DNA from: Hemiscyllium ocellatum
Taxonomy: Eukaryota
Direction: 5' to 3'
Assembly (NCBI RefSeq): GCF_020745735.1
Contig: NC_083420.1
Coordinates: 22,940,001 to 23,004,000, forward strand
DNA: 64,000 nucleotides
Below are positions 46,677 through 59,790 of this stretch, piece after piece; the stretch's first letter is position 1; each line of letters starts with the position of its first letter. Position numbers and translations under genes: made by a program. Below the pieces are notes generated by a model. The model was not told where the DNA came from, searched no databases, and saw only the letters and a list, made by a program, of their open reading frames with translations.

Positions 46677-48369
46677 GTAAGTCTGAATCTCATCTCAAAA
46701 AGTGCTTTTAAGCATCAATTTAATGATGAAGGATTAAAAACTTTCATTTATAGAGCACCTTTCACAACCACAGGATGTTCCAAACTGCTGTAAAACCAAT
46801 GAAATACCTTTAAATGTGGTCATTGTCATAATATTGGAAATGTGGTAACTACTCTGTACGCAACTCACTCATTCAAACAACAATCGGAGAACGACCAGAT
46901 AATCTGTTTTTGTGATGTTAATTGAGGGGTAAATGTTGACCCAAATCTTCCCTCCTCTTGAAATACTGTAATGGTATTTGCAAGAGCAAATGGGACTTCA
47001 GTTTAACATCTCATCCAAAAGATCGCATCTCTGGCACTGCAGCACTCCCTAGCTATTGTACCAGAATATCAGATGAGATTGTTGTCAAGTCCTGGAGTGG
47101 AACTCAATGTGTCAATCTTCAATGATGCAAGTGCAATCATCTGAGCAATAGCTTGTACATAGAAGCTCACTTCTGCTCCGTGAGCTACAGATATTTCTGT
47201 TTCCCTCGTAGCTCCGAGTACATCCTGTGTAATGCACTCCTTTATCATTCCAACTATAATGCATGACTCTTTCTTTATTACTTTCAAAATTGACCTAAAA
47301 ACTGGACTTTCAGTAACCAACCTATTTCTCCCCTGATCCGTTCTGACCTTGGTATGCACTTGTGTACTGTCTTATAGGACATGCTACAGTAATGTTCTGC
47401 ATATAAAGATAGCTTTAGCATTGCTATAAATTGAGTTGCTATACACATCAATTGTTCTGATTCACTATCTTTTTGATTTGGGGGGGGTCAGGAACATTAG
47501 TGAAGATTTCTTGTGAATAAGGCATTTAAAAGTTAAACTGCACTGTTGAGACTGGTATAAGATTGCTTATTGATTCCTTTTATATATTTATCTGCTTTTG
47601 AAGTTTTATCTTTATGGTTCTTTGCTATACTATAAATATAATTGTTTTTATCATTCTTGTGATTTCCAGTTGGCCATTTGTATAGTTAGCAATCTTTTAC
47701 ACTTTATATTTGAATTGTGGCCATAAAGATTTATTTCTTTACCAAAGCAGATAATTATCACTTGTGTGCTCCATTGTTTCTTCTTTATCGTTAATCAAAG
47801 GGATAGTATCTATTGTAGAATTTTCATGTGGTTGTCTGATAGATAAAATGGATAATTATTTGCAACATGTCAATTTCTTTTGACTTCTTGTATTTTGACC
47901 TCCTGAACTATAATGCAGATATTAGTAATTCACAACTTGCTGTTACTTAAAACTGTTTGTTATATCAACACTTTGTTACTGATTTAACACTTGGTGTAGG
48001 CTTTTTATTGTAATTAAGAGCAGTCTTTACATCAGTAAAATTACTGATTTGACATAATCTGTTCATACAATTAAAGCCTCTAATTCAGTTGCTATAAAGA
48101 ACATGTTCAATACCTCTCTATTCATGCCTGTCCATAAAATTGAGCCTTTGGCTCTAGTGAAATCTAATAAAGGAGATTTTCCACTTATTAATTGCTAGGT
48201 CAATTAAATTAGAAACTGAGATTTCTATGATTTTTGTTAGGTTATCAAAGGATATTCAATTGAGGTACAGCCAGCCATGATCTAATTGAATGACCACTTC
48301 TGTTGCTATGTTGTCAATTTGTATGAGAGCATTGTATTCACAATTACCTTTAATTATGCTTCACTTTAG

Positions 48370-48601
48370 AGTCCTGGTGTCCTCCAAGATATCGTCATCA
48401 ATGCTAACCCTTCTGAGGTTCCACTGTCCCTACTAGTCCTGCATGGTTTGCTGTGTCAACAATATAAGGTGCTATCATCAGTACATGTACATTCTTCCGT
48501 GCAAAATGTTCCCTCCAAACTCTGGAATTGTCTAGGTGAGGGAAATCGCAGTCATTCACGAAGGGAATATCAACTTGGCTTCACTCTTGTTTGGAAGGAT
48601 G
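48370..48601 (+). CDS. AIMP2: AIMP2 exon 3
   Basis: [14 protein letters not shown]...PLSLLVLH...VHVHSSV...[11 protein letters not shown]; 232 nt; not in the ORF track. Confidence 0.95.
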
Positions 48602-49214
48602 GTGAGTAAAAACAATTAGGACGTGCTTGAAGCTTTCCTGAAAACAAGCTTAATACTTCTGGATTTTCCCATAAGAGGAAATATTCTCTCTCCATCTACC
48701 CATTCAAGAACCTTTAGAATTTTATATGTTTCAATTAGTTTGTCTCTTAAAATTTCTAAAATCCAGCAGATACATGCTTAGTCTTTCCTGTCTGTTTTTG
48801 AGGTAGAGACCAATCATGATCTAATTTGGCAACTTTCTCTCTCATTCCTGCATCCATGTCATTTATAAGCATTGTAAATAGTTAAAGTCCCAGTACTGAT
48901 CCCTGTGGCACAACCGTTGTTACATCTGGCTGAAAAAGACCCAATTACCCCATTCAGCTTCCTGTTAGAGAGCCTATCTCTGTCTGTGTGTTTCCTCTAT
49001 ATTATGAACGTTTATTTTTCACAATAACCTTTTGTGCATGTCCAAATGCAGTACTTCCACTGGATCCCTTTTATCTACAGCACATGTTACTCTGTCAAAG
49101 AACTCCAATAGATGAGTCAAACATAATTTTCCTTTCACAAAACTACGTTGACACTGCCTGATTACTTTCAACTTTTCCAAGTATCCTACAATGCATTCAT
49201 TTATCATTTCTAAC

Positions 49215-49557
49215 ATGGGCGGCACGGTGGCACAGTGGTATGGGCGGCACGGTGGCACAGTGGTTAGCACTGCTGCCTCACAGCGCCTGAGACCCGGGTT
49301 CAGTTCCCGACTCAGGCGACTGACTGTGTGGAGTTTGCACGTTCTCCCCATGTCTGTGTGGGTTTCCTCCGGGTGCTCCGGTTTCCTCCCACAGTCCAAA
49401 GATGTGCGGATCAGGTGAATTGGCCACGCTAAATTGCCCGTAGTGTTAGGTAAGGGGTAAATGTAGGGGTATGGGTGGGTTACGCTTCGGCGGGTCGGTG
49501 TGGACTTGTTGGGCCGAAGGGCCTGTTTCCACACTGCAAATAATCTAATCTAATCTA
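49215..49557 (+). mobile_element. HE1-like SINE with duplicated 5' head, nested in a CR1 remnant (about 48640-50230, minus)
   Basis: 25-bp head repeated; AACAT on both flanks; flanking RT motif FVKGKLCLTHLLEFF. Confidence 0.92.
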
Positions 49558-50809
49558 AAAAAACATTTTCCCTATGACAAATATTGAGTTAACTAGCCTA
49601 TAATTTCTTGCTTTTTTTTGTCTTTCTTTTAAATAAGAGTTACATTTGCTATGTTTCAATCTAATAGGACTGTCTTTGAATTAAGGGAGTTTGGAAAAGT
49701 AAAACTAATGCACCAACTATTTCACTAGTCACTTTTAAGGATGAAGTCCAATAGACTTAGCACTTGTCAGCCTGCAGTTCCAACAATTTATTCAGTACCA
49801 CCTCTCAATGATAGTGATTTTTCCTAAGTTCTTCCTTGCCTTAAATTTTCCTGATTTATCGCTACTTTTGTATCCTTTTACAGTGAAGACTGATGCAAAA
49901 TACTTGTTCAATTCACCCTCCATATTTTCCATTATTGATTCCCCAGTCTGACTTCCTATTTTACCAATGTTAACTCTATTTCTGACTAGCTTTTTCTTGG
50001 GTTAATTTTTTTGATGTCATTCTTTGCTTTTCTATATTCTGCCCAAACTTCTGAGCTGTACCTGTTTACACAATTGTTTGCCTTTTCTTTGTTTGATACT
50101 ATCTTTAACACTTCTAGTTAAACAAGGAGGGGGAGTCCTTGGATTTTTTTCTTACTCATTACAATGTATCTATTGTGTGTTCTGAAACATCCCCTTAAAT
50201 GTCTGCCACTGCACTCTGTGGACCTATAATTTGTTAATTTACTTAAGTTGTGAATGGCTCAGGAAACAATATTAACTTTGGTACCTTGTGTGAAAGTGGG
50301 TACGATGCAGTAATACTAACAAACATGGAATAATCCTGAAACCTGGACAAGCTACATTAGTGATCAGAGTTAAGTCTAGAGATTTGGCAGGAGGATGATG
50401 ATGATAAATTGTCATTACTGTTGCTAAACAGTTCATTCTTGGATGGGATTTGCTGCGATTTTATTGAGGCTTGAACATGATGCAGGAAGGTAAACCTCCA
50501 ACTGTTGTGTAAGATTCCACTTACAATTGCTACTGTTATCAGTCATAAGCTTTGACAGTTTTTGATTGTGCAGTACCAGTTTCCCCAGCAGCAATAGGCC
50601 TCTGGCAACACAAGTATTAGAACAGCTGTGTTTTATTGGTTGTTAATTGATCCATGCCTGAGGATTACTGAGCATTACTCATGCCTATGACATATAGTGC
50701 CCACTGTTGGCACTTATTCAAAGTTTCTAATTTGATAACATAAGTCTTGAGGTTTGTCTGTGTGTTTTAGACTTGCTGTGTGTGACAGCTTCTGTTTTTC
50801 TTTTGGCAG

Positions 50810-51192
50810 TACAAAAACCTCAGATGAAATTTAGCGTCCAAAGCATGTGCTCCATTGAAGGTGAGGGGAATGTTGCCCGTTTCCTCTTTGCACTTCTTGG
50901 CCGTGAATATAACGCGGTGACCTCAACACAGATCGACAACTGGGTGGATGTTGCCATCTTTCAGCTGAAGAAGGGTAGCAACAAAGAGAAGGCAGCTGTG
51001 CTACATACCTTAAACTCTTCCCTTGGCAAGAACCCCTGGCTCGTGGGAGTTGATCTGACATTGGCTGATATTATGCTTTACTGTGCCTTGAAGCAGACAG
51101 AGCTTGCCAATGTTCCAGCTAATGTCCAGAGATGGGTTAAATCATGTGAAAATTTAGCATGCTTTCATCTAGCACTAAAGCAGTTAAAATGA
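50810..51192 (+). CDS. AIMP2: AIMP2 exon 4 (GST-C-like domain, terminal)
   Basis: [26 protein letters not shown]...QIDNWVD...WVKSCENLA...*; total CDS 930 nt. Confidence 0.97.
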
Positions 51193-51288
51193 ATCATACT
51201 TATGATTGAATCTGTACATTTAGTCCCTTGTAGTTAATGCCTATACAATACTTTTAAATCTCAATGTTTGCTCATGAAATGCCTATTT

Positions 51289-51294
51289 AATAAA
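51289..51294 (+). terminator. Candidate AIMP2 polyadenylation signal
   Basis: AATAAA about 100 nt after the stop codon, with T/GT-rich sequence downstream. Confidence 0.55.
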
Positions 51295-52039
51295 TATGTT
51301 TTAGAGGCATTCTTTAACTGAAAAAAAACTTATAAAATTTTAAACTTGTGCGTTTTAGTTCGTGAATCTAAAAAGCATTTTCAGGAATATCTGCCAGACA
51401 TGTAATTCACACAAGCAACAACACAAGATGGCCAATAACTATGGACTTCATGTGGGTTCATGCTGCCATTCTGTAGACTTAATACTATTTTAAACAGTAT
51501 GAATTAAAATATAATCAACTTGCACTTTAGGCAGTCAAGATTGCTGACCTTGCTGACAACATGTTTACACCATGAATAGTTCTTCTAATAATGTGTGCTG
51601 TAATCAAAGAACAGTAACTCTTGCATTGCTCTATGACAGTAAAAAAGTTGAATGTAATTGATGAGTAGAACAGGTTGATCAGATGTCTTGTGTCTACAAC
51701 TAAGCAGCCAGGAAGTATTTGAACATAATTTGCTCCAGGCAACAGCATTTCCATGATTCATAAATTTAAAATTTGCAGTACACACTATCGAAGAGATTTG
51801 AGTGGACTTGTGTAAGCAACCTTAACCCCTTTTTTGTGTACTTTTGACTTGAATATTTATTCTCAGGATGTGACAGTACTAACAAGGATATACTTATGGT
51901 CTGTTTTTACTTGCCTGAAAGTAAGGGTTAAGTATCTTCCTGGATCAGTTTGTGAAGGCTAATCTACATTTTGACTGATCGTACTCCAGTAGTAATAATA
52001 CTGGCAGATTAATTCCCAAAGTATGTTCAAGATGGTGAA

Positions 52040-53430
52040 GGGTTCAGCCACGGGGCAGTGGGGTTGGTTGGTGCGGGTGTCATGGATATATTCTCTGAAA
52101 CAATCTGTAAATTGGTGTCCTCCCCGATGTAAAGGAGACTACGTCGGGTGCAATGGATCCAGTAGGTGACATAGGTGGAGATAGATAAATTTCTGTCGGA
52201 TGTAGAAGGATCTTTTGGGGCCTTGAATAGAGTTGTGGGTGCAGGTTTTGCACTTCCTGTGGTGGCAGGGAAGGTGCTTGGAGTGGGGTGTGGGCTGTTG
52301 GGGGTGGGGGTGTGGATTTGACGAGGGAGTCTTGGAAGAAATGGTCTCCCTGGAATGCTGATAGGGTGGGGAGGGGAATATACGTTTAGTGTTGGGGTTC
52401 ATTTGTAGGTGGCAGAAGTGGCAGAGGATGATGCAATATACAGAGATGGGGACCGAGGCATTCTGTCCTTGTAGTGTTGAGGGGGGTGGGACACAAGGGC
52501 AGTGATGTAGGAAGTGGAGGCGATGCACTGGAGGGCATTGTTGACCACGTGAGAGGGGAAATTGTGGTCTTTGAAGAAGCAGAACCACCCCGCCCCCCCA
52601 GTCCTCATCTTCCACTACCTACAAATGGACCCCACCATCTGAGATTTTCCACTGCAACTCTCATCAGATCCACCCCTCTCACCAGCCCACACCCCACTCC
52701 CAGCACCTTCCCCCGCCACTACAGGAAGTGCAAAAGATACACCCATACCACCCCCCTCACCTCCATCCAAGGTCCCAAAGGATCCTTCTACACCCGACAG
52801 AAATTTATCTGTACCTCCAATGTCACCTACTGTATCCGTTGCACCTGATGTGGTCTCCTCTACGTCAGGGAGACAGGATGCCAACTTCCGAGAACATCTC
52901 TGGGACACGCGCACCAACCAACCCCACCGGTCCATGGCTGAACACTTCAACTACCCCTCTCACTCCACCAAGGTCATGCAGGTCTTGGCCTCCTCAATCA
53001 CCAAACCTTTACCACCTGATACCTGGAAGAAGAACATCTCATATTCTGTCTTGGGCCTCTGCAACCACGTGAGATCAATGTGGATTTCACCAGTTTTCTC
53101 ATTTCCCCTCACCCCTGCATTATCCCAATTCCAAGCCTCCATCTTGGCACTGCCCTCCTGACCTGTCCATCACCTTTCCCATCCATCCCCTCCTACCTAA
53201 ACTTCTCCCCCACATTCATCTATCTATCACATTCTCAGCTACCTTCCCCCATTCCCATCCTCCCTTCCATTTTTCTTTAACCTCCCCCCCCACCCAATCC
53301 TCATTCGTGATGAAGGGCTTATGCCTGAAACATCAATTCTCCTGCTCCTTAGATGTTGTCTGACTTGCTGCTTTTCCAGCACCACACTCTTAACTCCGAT
53401 CTCCAGCATTTGGAGTCCTCACTTTTTCCT
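52040..53430. mobile_element. Penelope-like family A with an inverted 5' portion
   Basis: About 52040-52580 antisense and 52615-53430 sense share the GPKGSFY..QKFICTS region. Confidence 0.8.
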
Positions 53431-54424
53431 AGAAATTGCAATAGTTAATCCAAACCTAGAGTTCTAAAGCTGAACAACGGAAACTACGATTGTATGAGAG
53501 GTGAGTTGGTTGTGATTGGGTAACTTTTTTATATAAGGCATAACTGGATAGGCAGTGGATAATGTTTAAGGAACAAATGCATGCATTGCAATAATTCTAC
53601 AGTCCTGGGTGAAAGAACACAACAAGAAATCTGTACGATATATAATTAATAAAACAAATATAGTGTTTAGAATCAGAGCTGCTGGAAAAGGTAACAAACC
53701 TCAGGACTAGAAGCAGCTCAGAGCTCATGAGGACAAGAGATTGATTTTAAAAAGGGGAAACAGTGAATGTAAATTTTCAAAGAATATGTGCACTTTCAGG
53801 AGTGTGTAAAAAGGAAATGGTTAGTGCAGACAAATATCCCTCATTCTGAAATGGGAGAGTTGATAACTGAGAACAATTGTGTCCTCCCAGGAGAAGACCA
53901 TTGTCATATATATTTGTATATAGGTCAAGTTTTGAAGACCATTTTTTAAATTGAAATTAGGAAGTCGACTAATACAGAAGGTATTGTTTGAGGGGATGCA
54001 ATTCAAATTTGGTATGAGTCAAAAAATGGACGAACAAGCCAGATAGCTATACAAAATAATAAACACAATGAAATGAAAAAGAATTATGGCCATTATTGAA
54101 TATTTATATACAAAATTACTGTCTCCATTCTGCCTGCTACAGTAGAAGGGTACTGTTGTACTGTATTCCAGTTACCAGTACCGTTAAGTGCATGTAGACC
54201 TACACATATGTACAAAAGTTAATAGGTGTTATCAGCAGGCGGTCATTGCCATCAATTGTGTGTATTTGTACAACACACAATTCATGAAATAAAAACATAG
54301 GAGCAATAAAAACAAAAAAAAACTGATAGTATTTTAATTTTAAAAATGCATGAAACTTAATATATGATAAACACTTTACATTTGAAAAAAAAACTTATAT
54401 TCACAGTAAACAAAACCTCTTCTG

Positions 54425-54576
54425 ATCGTATATCACAAATATTATGGGATTTTTTCGGACCCCTGAAAAACTAGGGTCGACATCTATATGCAGTATATGA
54501 AAAATACCAGATTTTTTGGCCAAAATAAGGGGTCTCATTATACATGAGATCAAACTATACACAAGTATATACAGTA
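54425..54576. mobile_element. Possible Tc2/pogo-like DNA transposon terminus
   Basis: ...CTATACACAAGTATATACAG|TA resembles a CpG-decayed CCGTATATACTCG-type TIR; the partner end was not identified. Confidence 0.4.
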
Positions 54577-55013
54577 ACTTCTCCAATGTGAGGGAAGTAG
54601 GGATCTATCAGAAATGATATTGAAATAAAAGAAATAGTCCCATTAAATTTCCCAGTACTAAAAGCTGACAAATTACCAAGGCCAGATAATCTACATTTAA
54701 AGCTACTAAAGAAGGGGGTCATGAAAATAGCACAAGCTTCGGTTGTGCTCTTCCGAAATTCTGTTAATTCTGAAATCATCTTGACAGACTTGAAGGTAGC
54801 ATAATATTCTGACTGCAATGAGTGCTACCTGCTGAAACATAGCAATTCCATGAATGAAAAGCCTTGACACTGTCTTTTAATTTAATATTTAATCTCTCAT
54901 TTTACAGAACATAAAATTAAACTTGTACATTCACAAAACAGTCATACATGAGGCAGTCAAAACTAATTTAGGTGGAAAAAAATCAAATTATTTCCAGTCC
55001 ATTAAGATTATCT

Positions 55014-55166
55014 CTAACTGGGTTCTCTCTCCCCAGCCAGTAATTTGATCACTTCCTTGAGACTCCTGATTTCATCTTGCTGATCGATCACTTTCTGTTG
55101 TAGGCTCTTAATTTCTTGCTCCTGGGTAACTACTTTCCATTCAAGGTTGTCTCGAGATACATTTAC
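55014..55166 (-). CDS. EIF2AK1: EIF2AK1 (HRI) terminal exon, C-terminal coiled coil
   Basis: atag|VNVSRDNLEWKVVTQEQEIKSLQQKVIDQQDEIRSLKEVIKLLAGEREPS*; resembles human LQMKIIEQEKEIAELK; not in the ORF track. Confidence 0.85.
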   Translation of the reverse strand, partial: VNVSRDNLEWKVVTQEQEIKSLQQKVIDQQDEIRSLKEVIKLLAGEREPS

Positions 55167-55449
55167 CTATATTTGAAATATCAGGGGAGGGGTAAGGAAA
55201 TCAATGAATCTTAAGATGAAGCAGCAAAGATTATCCAGCCCATCAGCTCTTGCTTGAGCAATCCAAAAATCCTGCTAAAGTCCCAGATTCTCACAAGCTT
55301 CACTAGAAAATTTTTAAAAAGTTCAATCTAAAGACCAGCATTAGTCTAAGTAAACCACACATCTGCCTCAGGGAGAAAGATGTACATTTTATAGCACCTT
55401 GCATGAACTCAATGTCCCAAAACGATAAACAGCAAATTACGTTTAAAAG

Positions 55450-55940
55450 AAGATGGTGGCAGAGTCGCAGTGCAGCTACTGTGGGCTCCTGCTCGAAGCT
55501 CACCTGCTCCGTCCGCTTTAACTTTTTTTTCTTCAGTTTAATTTACTTAACCTTATGAGAGTTTGGGCTTGTCCTCTCCACACTGCACAATGTGGTGGCG
55601 AGAAAGGTCGATGGCAGTCACACCGAATGGTGGCAAAAGCAATCAGCTGCTCCTGAGCTGGGAGCAGCTCAAGGCTGAAAGGCAGTGAGAGAATGACGGC
55701 ACGGACAAAGGTCAAGCTATTATGAGGAGTGCATAGCCAGGTGCTTGTGGACTGTGGTGTTGAACCTTTAACTGTGTTTCTTTGTTTTTCTGCTTTTTAA
55801 ATAAGCGCTGTAATGTTTAACTTGTTAAATTTTGCTTCTTTATTTTCCTGTTTTATACCCAAGATTGCTCCGCAAGTGGTGCCTTGTAAACTTTTCACTG
55901 TACTCATGTGAGTACATATAACCATAAAGCTCATTCAAAT
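55450..55940 (+). mobile_element. Non-autonomous retroelement with a Rex/Babar-like 3' tail
   Basis: AAGATGG start; CTTTTCACTGTAC..GTACA..ATAAA tail, also seen antisense at about 41935-41995. Confidence 0.45.
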
Positions 55941-56174
55941 AGGTACTTTAGTTGTAGGAAATGCAATAGCCAATTTCATGCAGCAAATCCTGAAATGAAG
56001 TAAGTGACCAAAGAGATGTTGATTTTGTATAAAAATTGACCAGGACAGAATCTTGTACGTCTACGTGACAGTGCAGACATTGACTATCAGTTTAAAGACT
56101 CAACCAAAAGGTTGCATCTCTGACAACATTTTCTCAATTGTATACTGGGTCTGTCATTCTGGAGTTGGGCTCAG

Positions 56175-57420
56175 GAGAAAATGAGGACTGGAGTTAAAGT
56201 GTGGTGCTAGAAAAATACAGCAGGTTAGGCAATATCTGAGTAGCAGAAGCCCTTCATCAGAAATGTGGGAGGGGAAGGAAGCTAAGAGATATTGAGTGAG
56301 GGAAGGTACCTGGGAAGGCGATAGGTAGATGCAGGTGGAGGGTGATAATGATTGGTCGGAAGGAAGGATGGAGCGGATAGGTAGAAAGGAAGATGGACAG
56401 GTAGGACAGTAAGAGGCTGGTGCAGAGTTGGAGGGTTGGATCCATGATAAGGTGGCAGGAGGGGAAATAAGGAAACTGGTGAAGTTGAAATTGATGCTAT
56501 GTGGTTGAAGGATCCCAAAGCGAAAGATGAGGTTTCTACCTCCATTTGTCCGTGGATTGGATTTGGTGGTGGAAGAGGCTCAGGACTTGTATATCCTCGG
56601 TAGATTAGGAGGGGGAGTTGAAGTGGTTGGCCAAAGGGCAGTGGGATTGTTTGGTGCGTGTGTCCCAGAGATGTTGTCCCAAATGTTCCGTGAGTTGGCG
56701 TCCTATCTACACAATGTAGAGGAAATCACATTGAGAGCATCAGACACAGTTGATGAAGTGCAGGAAAATCTCTGTTGGATGTGAAAAGATTCTTTGGGGC
56801 CTTGAACAGAGGTGAGGGGGGAGGTGTGGGCGCAGGTTTTATACCCCACGTACTAGCAAAGGAAGTGCTGGGAGTGTAGAGTGGTTGGTGGAGGGTATGG
56901 ACCTAACAAGGAAGTCATGGAGGAAATGGTCTCTGTGAAATATGGATGTAGGGTGGAGGGAAATACATCTTTGTGGGTGAGTTTATTTATAAGTGGTGGA
57001 AATTAAGGAGGATAAAGGGCTGTATCTGGAGATTAGTGGCTGGAAGGTGAAGCCTGGGGGTTTCTATCCTTGTTGCGGCTGAGGAGTGGGGTTCAAGGGC
57101 AGAGGTGCTGGGGGCATTTAAACAGGAGGCCATTTGGATGTCCTGGAGTGGAATTGCTACTCCTGGAAACAGATATGGCAGAGGTGGAGGAATTTGGAGG
57201 GGGGGGAGGGCTTGTAGTCCAGGTAGCTGTGTGAGTCTGAGAGTTTGAAATAGATGTCCGTGTTGAGTTGCTGACCGCAGATGGCGACAGAGAAATCTGC
57301 GGGGAGGGGTATCTGAGATTGTCCAACTGAACTTGAGATCAGGGTGGAAGGTGTTAGTGAAGTTGATGAACTGTTCAGCCTCCTGGTGGGAGCATGGGAT
57401 GGGCTCAGACTCACTTCCGA
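56175..57420 (-). mobile_element. Penelope-like family A (RT C-terminus + GIY-YIG remnant)
   Basis: EQFINFTNTFHPDLKFSWTISD and TDIYFKLSDSHSYLDY remnants. Confidence 0.82.
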
Positions 57421-57429
57421 TTAAAGAAA

Positions 57430-58150
57430 AGAATCGTACAGTCCAACTAGTCCACACTGACCCATTTCCAAACTAAATTAGTCCCTCTTGCCTGTATTTG
57501 GCTCATATCCCTCCAAACCTTTCCTATTCATGTACTTGTCCAAATGTCTTTTAAACTTTGTAACTGTAACTGCATAATCACCATCTCTGGCAGTTCATTC
57601 CATACACTAACTACTCTATGTGAAAAAGGTTGCCCTTCATATACTTCTTAAATCTTTCCCTCTCAACTTAAAAATATAGCCTCCTAGTTTTGAATTCCCC
57701 CACTTTAAGGAATAGACCTTTTACTATTCACTTTATCTATACCCTCATGATTTTACAAACCTCGAAAGTCACCCCTCACCCTCCTATGCTTCAGTGGAAA
57801 ACTTTCCAGCCTCTTCAGACTATTTTTATGATTGAACCCCTCCATTCCCAGCACGATCCTGGTAAATCTTATCTGAACCCTCTCCAATTTAGTAGTAAGC
57901 TTCTTATAATAGGCAACCAGAATTGCACACAGTACTCCAGAGGAAGCCTCACAAATGTCCTGTACAACCTCAACATGACATCCCACCTCCTATACTCAAA
58001 GGTCTGAGCAATGAAGGGAAGAATGCTAAATGTCTTCTTAACCACTCTGTTTACATGTGATGAAATTTCAAAGAATTATATACCTGAACCCTTAGGTCTA
58101 AATTCTACAAAATGACCAAGGGCCCTACCATTAATTATGTAAGTCCTGTC
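57430..58150 (-). mobile_element. CR1 3' remnant
   Basis: KLERVQIRFTR remnant. Confidence 0.75.
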
Positions 58151-58425
58151 TTGCTACCCACTATGCTGTGGCTCATTAGATGCCTCTAATTAAATCACTA
58201 AATTAAACTCAGTGAGAAATTCAGTAATATACACATCTCTACAACTAATGGTTAGCTGACAACACTATTCGAAATAAAAAAATATTTTTTTCAAATCCCC
58301 TTCCCTCATTTGTCAAAGGTATTTATAAACAAAAACAAGAATGCTGATGGGTTTTATGTTTATTTAGTGGGGAGTTTGTCTTTATTTCCTAACCAATTTT
58401 AACAAAATAAACTTGTCATTCCTAC

Positions 58426-58659
58426 CTGAGGTGAACTACGGAAGAGTTCACTGGTCAACATCTCATCTGCACTCGGTCTGCAGGATGCAATTCGGCTGGT
58501 TAGCATCTTAACATATTTAGCATGTACAGGCCAGTGCTGTGCAAAGTCCTCTGAGATATGGGACTCTCGAAGGGCTGTGAGCATCTTTATCCTTTCCATT
58601 GCTGTTCCAAATGGCTGAAAGAGCTCCATTAAGATGATACCTACGCTGTACATGTCTGA
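58426..58659 (-). CDS. EIF2AK1: EIF2AK1 penultimate exon (kinase subdomains IX-XI)
   Basis: SDMYSVGIILMELFQPFGTAMER...RPSADEML; 234 nt; tttag/gtagga boundaries. Confidence 0.95.
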
Positions 58660-58684
58660 CTAAACATTAAAAGAAAGGGCATAT

Positions 58685-59790
58685 AAAAATGCAAGGAACG
58701 GTACAGAGTGAGACAAATACAGACCAATGAAGGGCCACAAAGCAGTTTGTGAGAGCAGCCAAAAGGGATTATGAAAGAAAACTTGCAATGGACATAAAAG
58801 ACAATAAGAGGAGTCTTTGTAGTCTATGTAAAGGGAAAACGGCTGGTTAAGAGTACTATTGGTCCACTGAAGACAGACAGGGAAATGGCAGATATGTTGA
58901 ACAATTATTTTGCTTTAGTGTTCACAGCAGAAGAGTATAGTTTGCCAGAAGCCCCAAAGAAATTAAGAGGATCAGAGACAGGTTTAAATAAAATTAGCTT
59001 AAGTAAATCATCAATAATAGGGAAATTAATGGAACTGAAGATTGACATGTCCCCAGAAATGATGGTTTCCATCCATGCATGTTAAAGAGATAGGAGAACA
59101 CATTCTGATACCCTAACCATAATCTTTCAGAATTCCCTGGGTTCAAGAGTTGTACTTCTGGATTGGAAACTTGCTCATGTCCCTCCACTCTTGACAGAGA
59201 CAGAGGGAAGCTAGGCAATTACAAAGCAGTTAGCCTAACACCTATGGTGGGGAAATTATTGGAGTCTGTTTTCAAGGATATGGTAACTGATTGCCTTGAA
59301 AAATGTCAGTTAATCAGAGAGTCATCAGGAAGGATGGGTCATGCCTGACAAATCTCAGTTTTTCGAAGAGGTGATAAAGGTAATGAACAGAGGTAAGTTG
59401 ACGGATGTTGTTTATACAGGCTTCCAGAAGGCTTTTGATAATGTCTTACACAAGAGACTGTTAGCAAAGGTGGAAGCCAAAGTAATTGAGGGGATAATTA
59501 CTGACATGGATAGGAAATTGATTGAGCAGTAGGAAAGAGAGATTTGGAATAATGAGCAAGTATTCAAATTTGCAGAATGTTACAAGTGCTGTCCCACAAA
59601 GTTCTATATTGAGGCCTCAATTATTCACAATATTCATTAACAACTTGGATAATAGCATTAAAAAGTAAAGTATTCAAATTTACTGACGACACAAAATCGG
59701 GCAGCGTTGTAGACAGTGTTGATGACAACATAAAATTACAACAGGATAATGATAAATTAGGTGAATGGGTAAAGTTGTGGCAGATGCATT
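58685..59790 (+). mobile_element. CR1 RT remnant
   Basis: NYKAVSLT...GKLLES and DVVYTGFQKAFDNV motifs. Confidence 0.8.
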
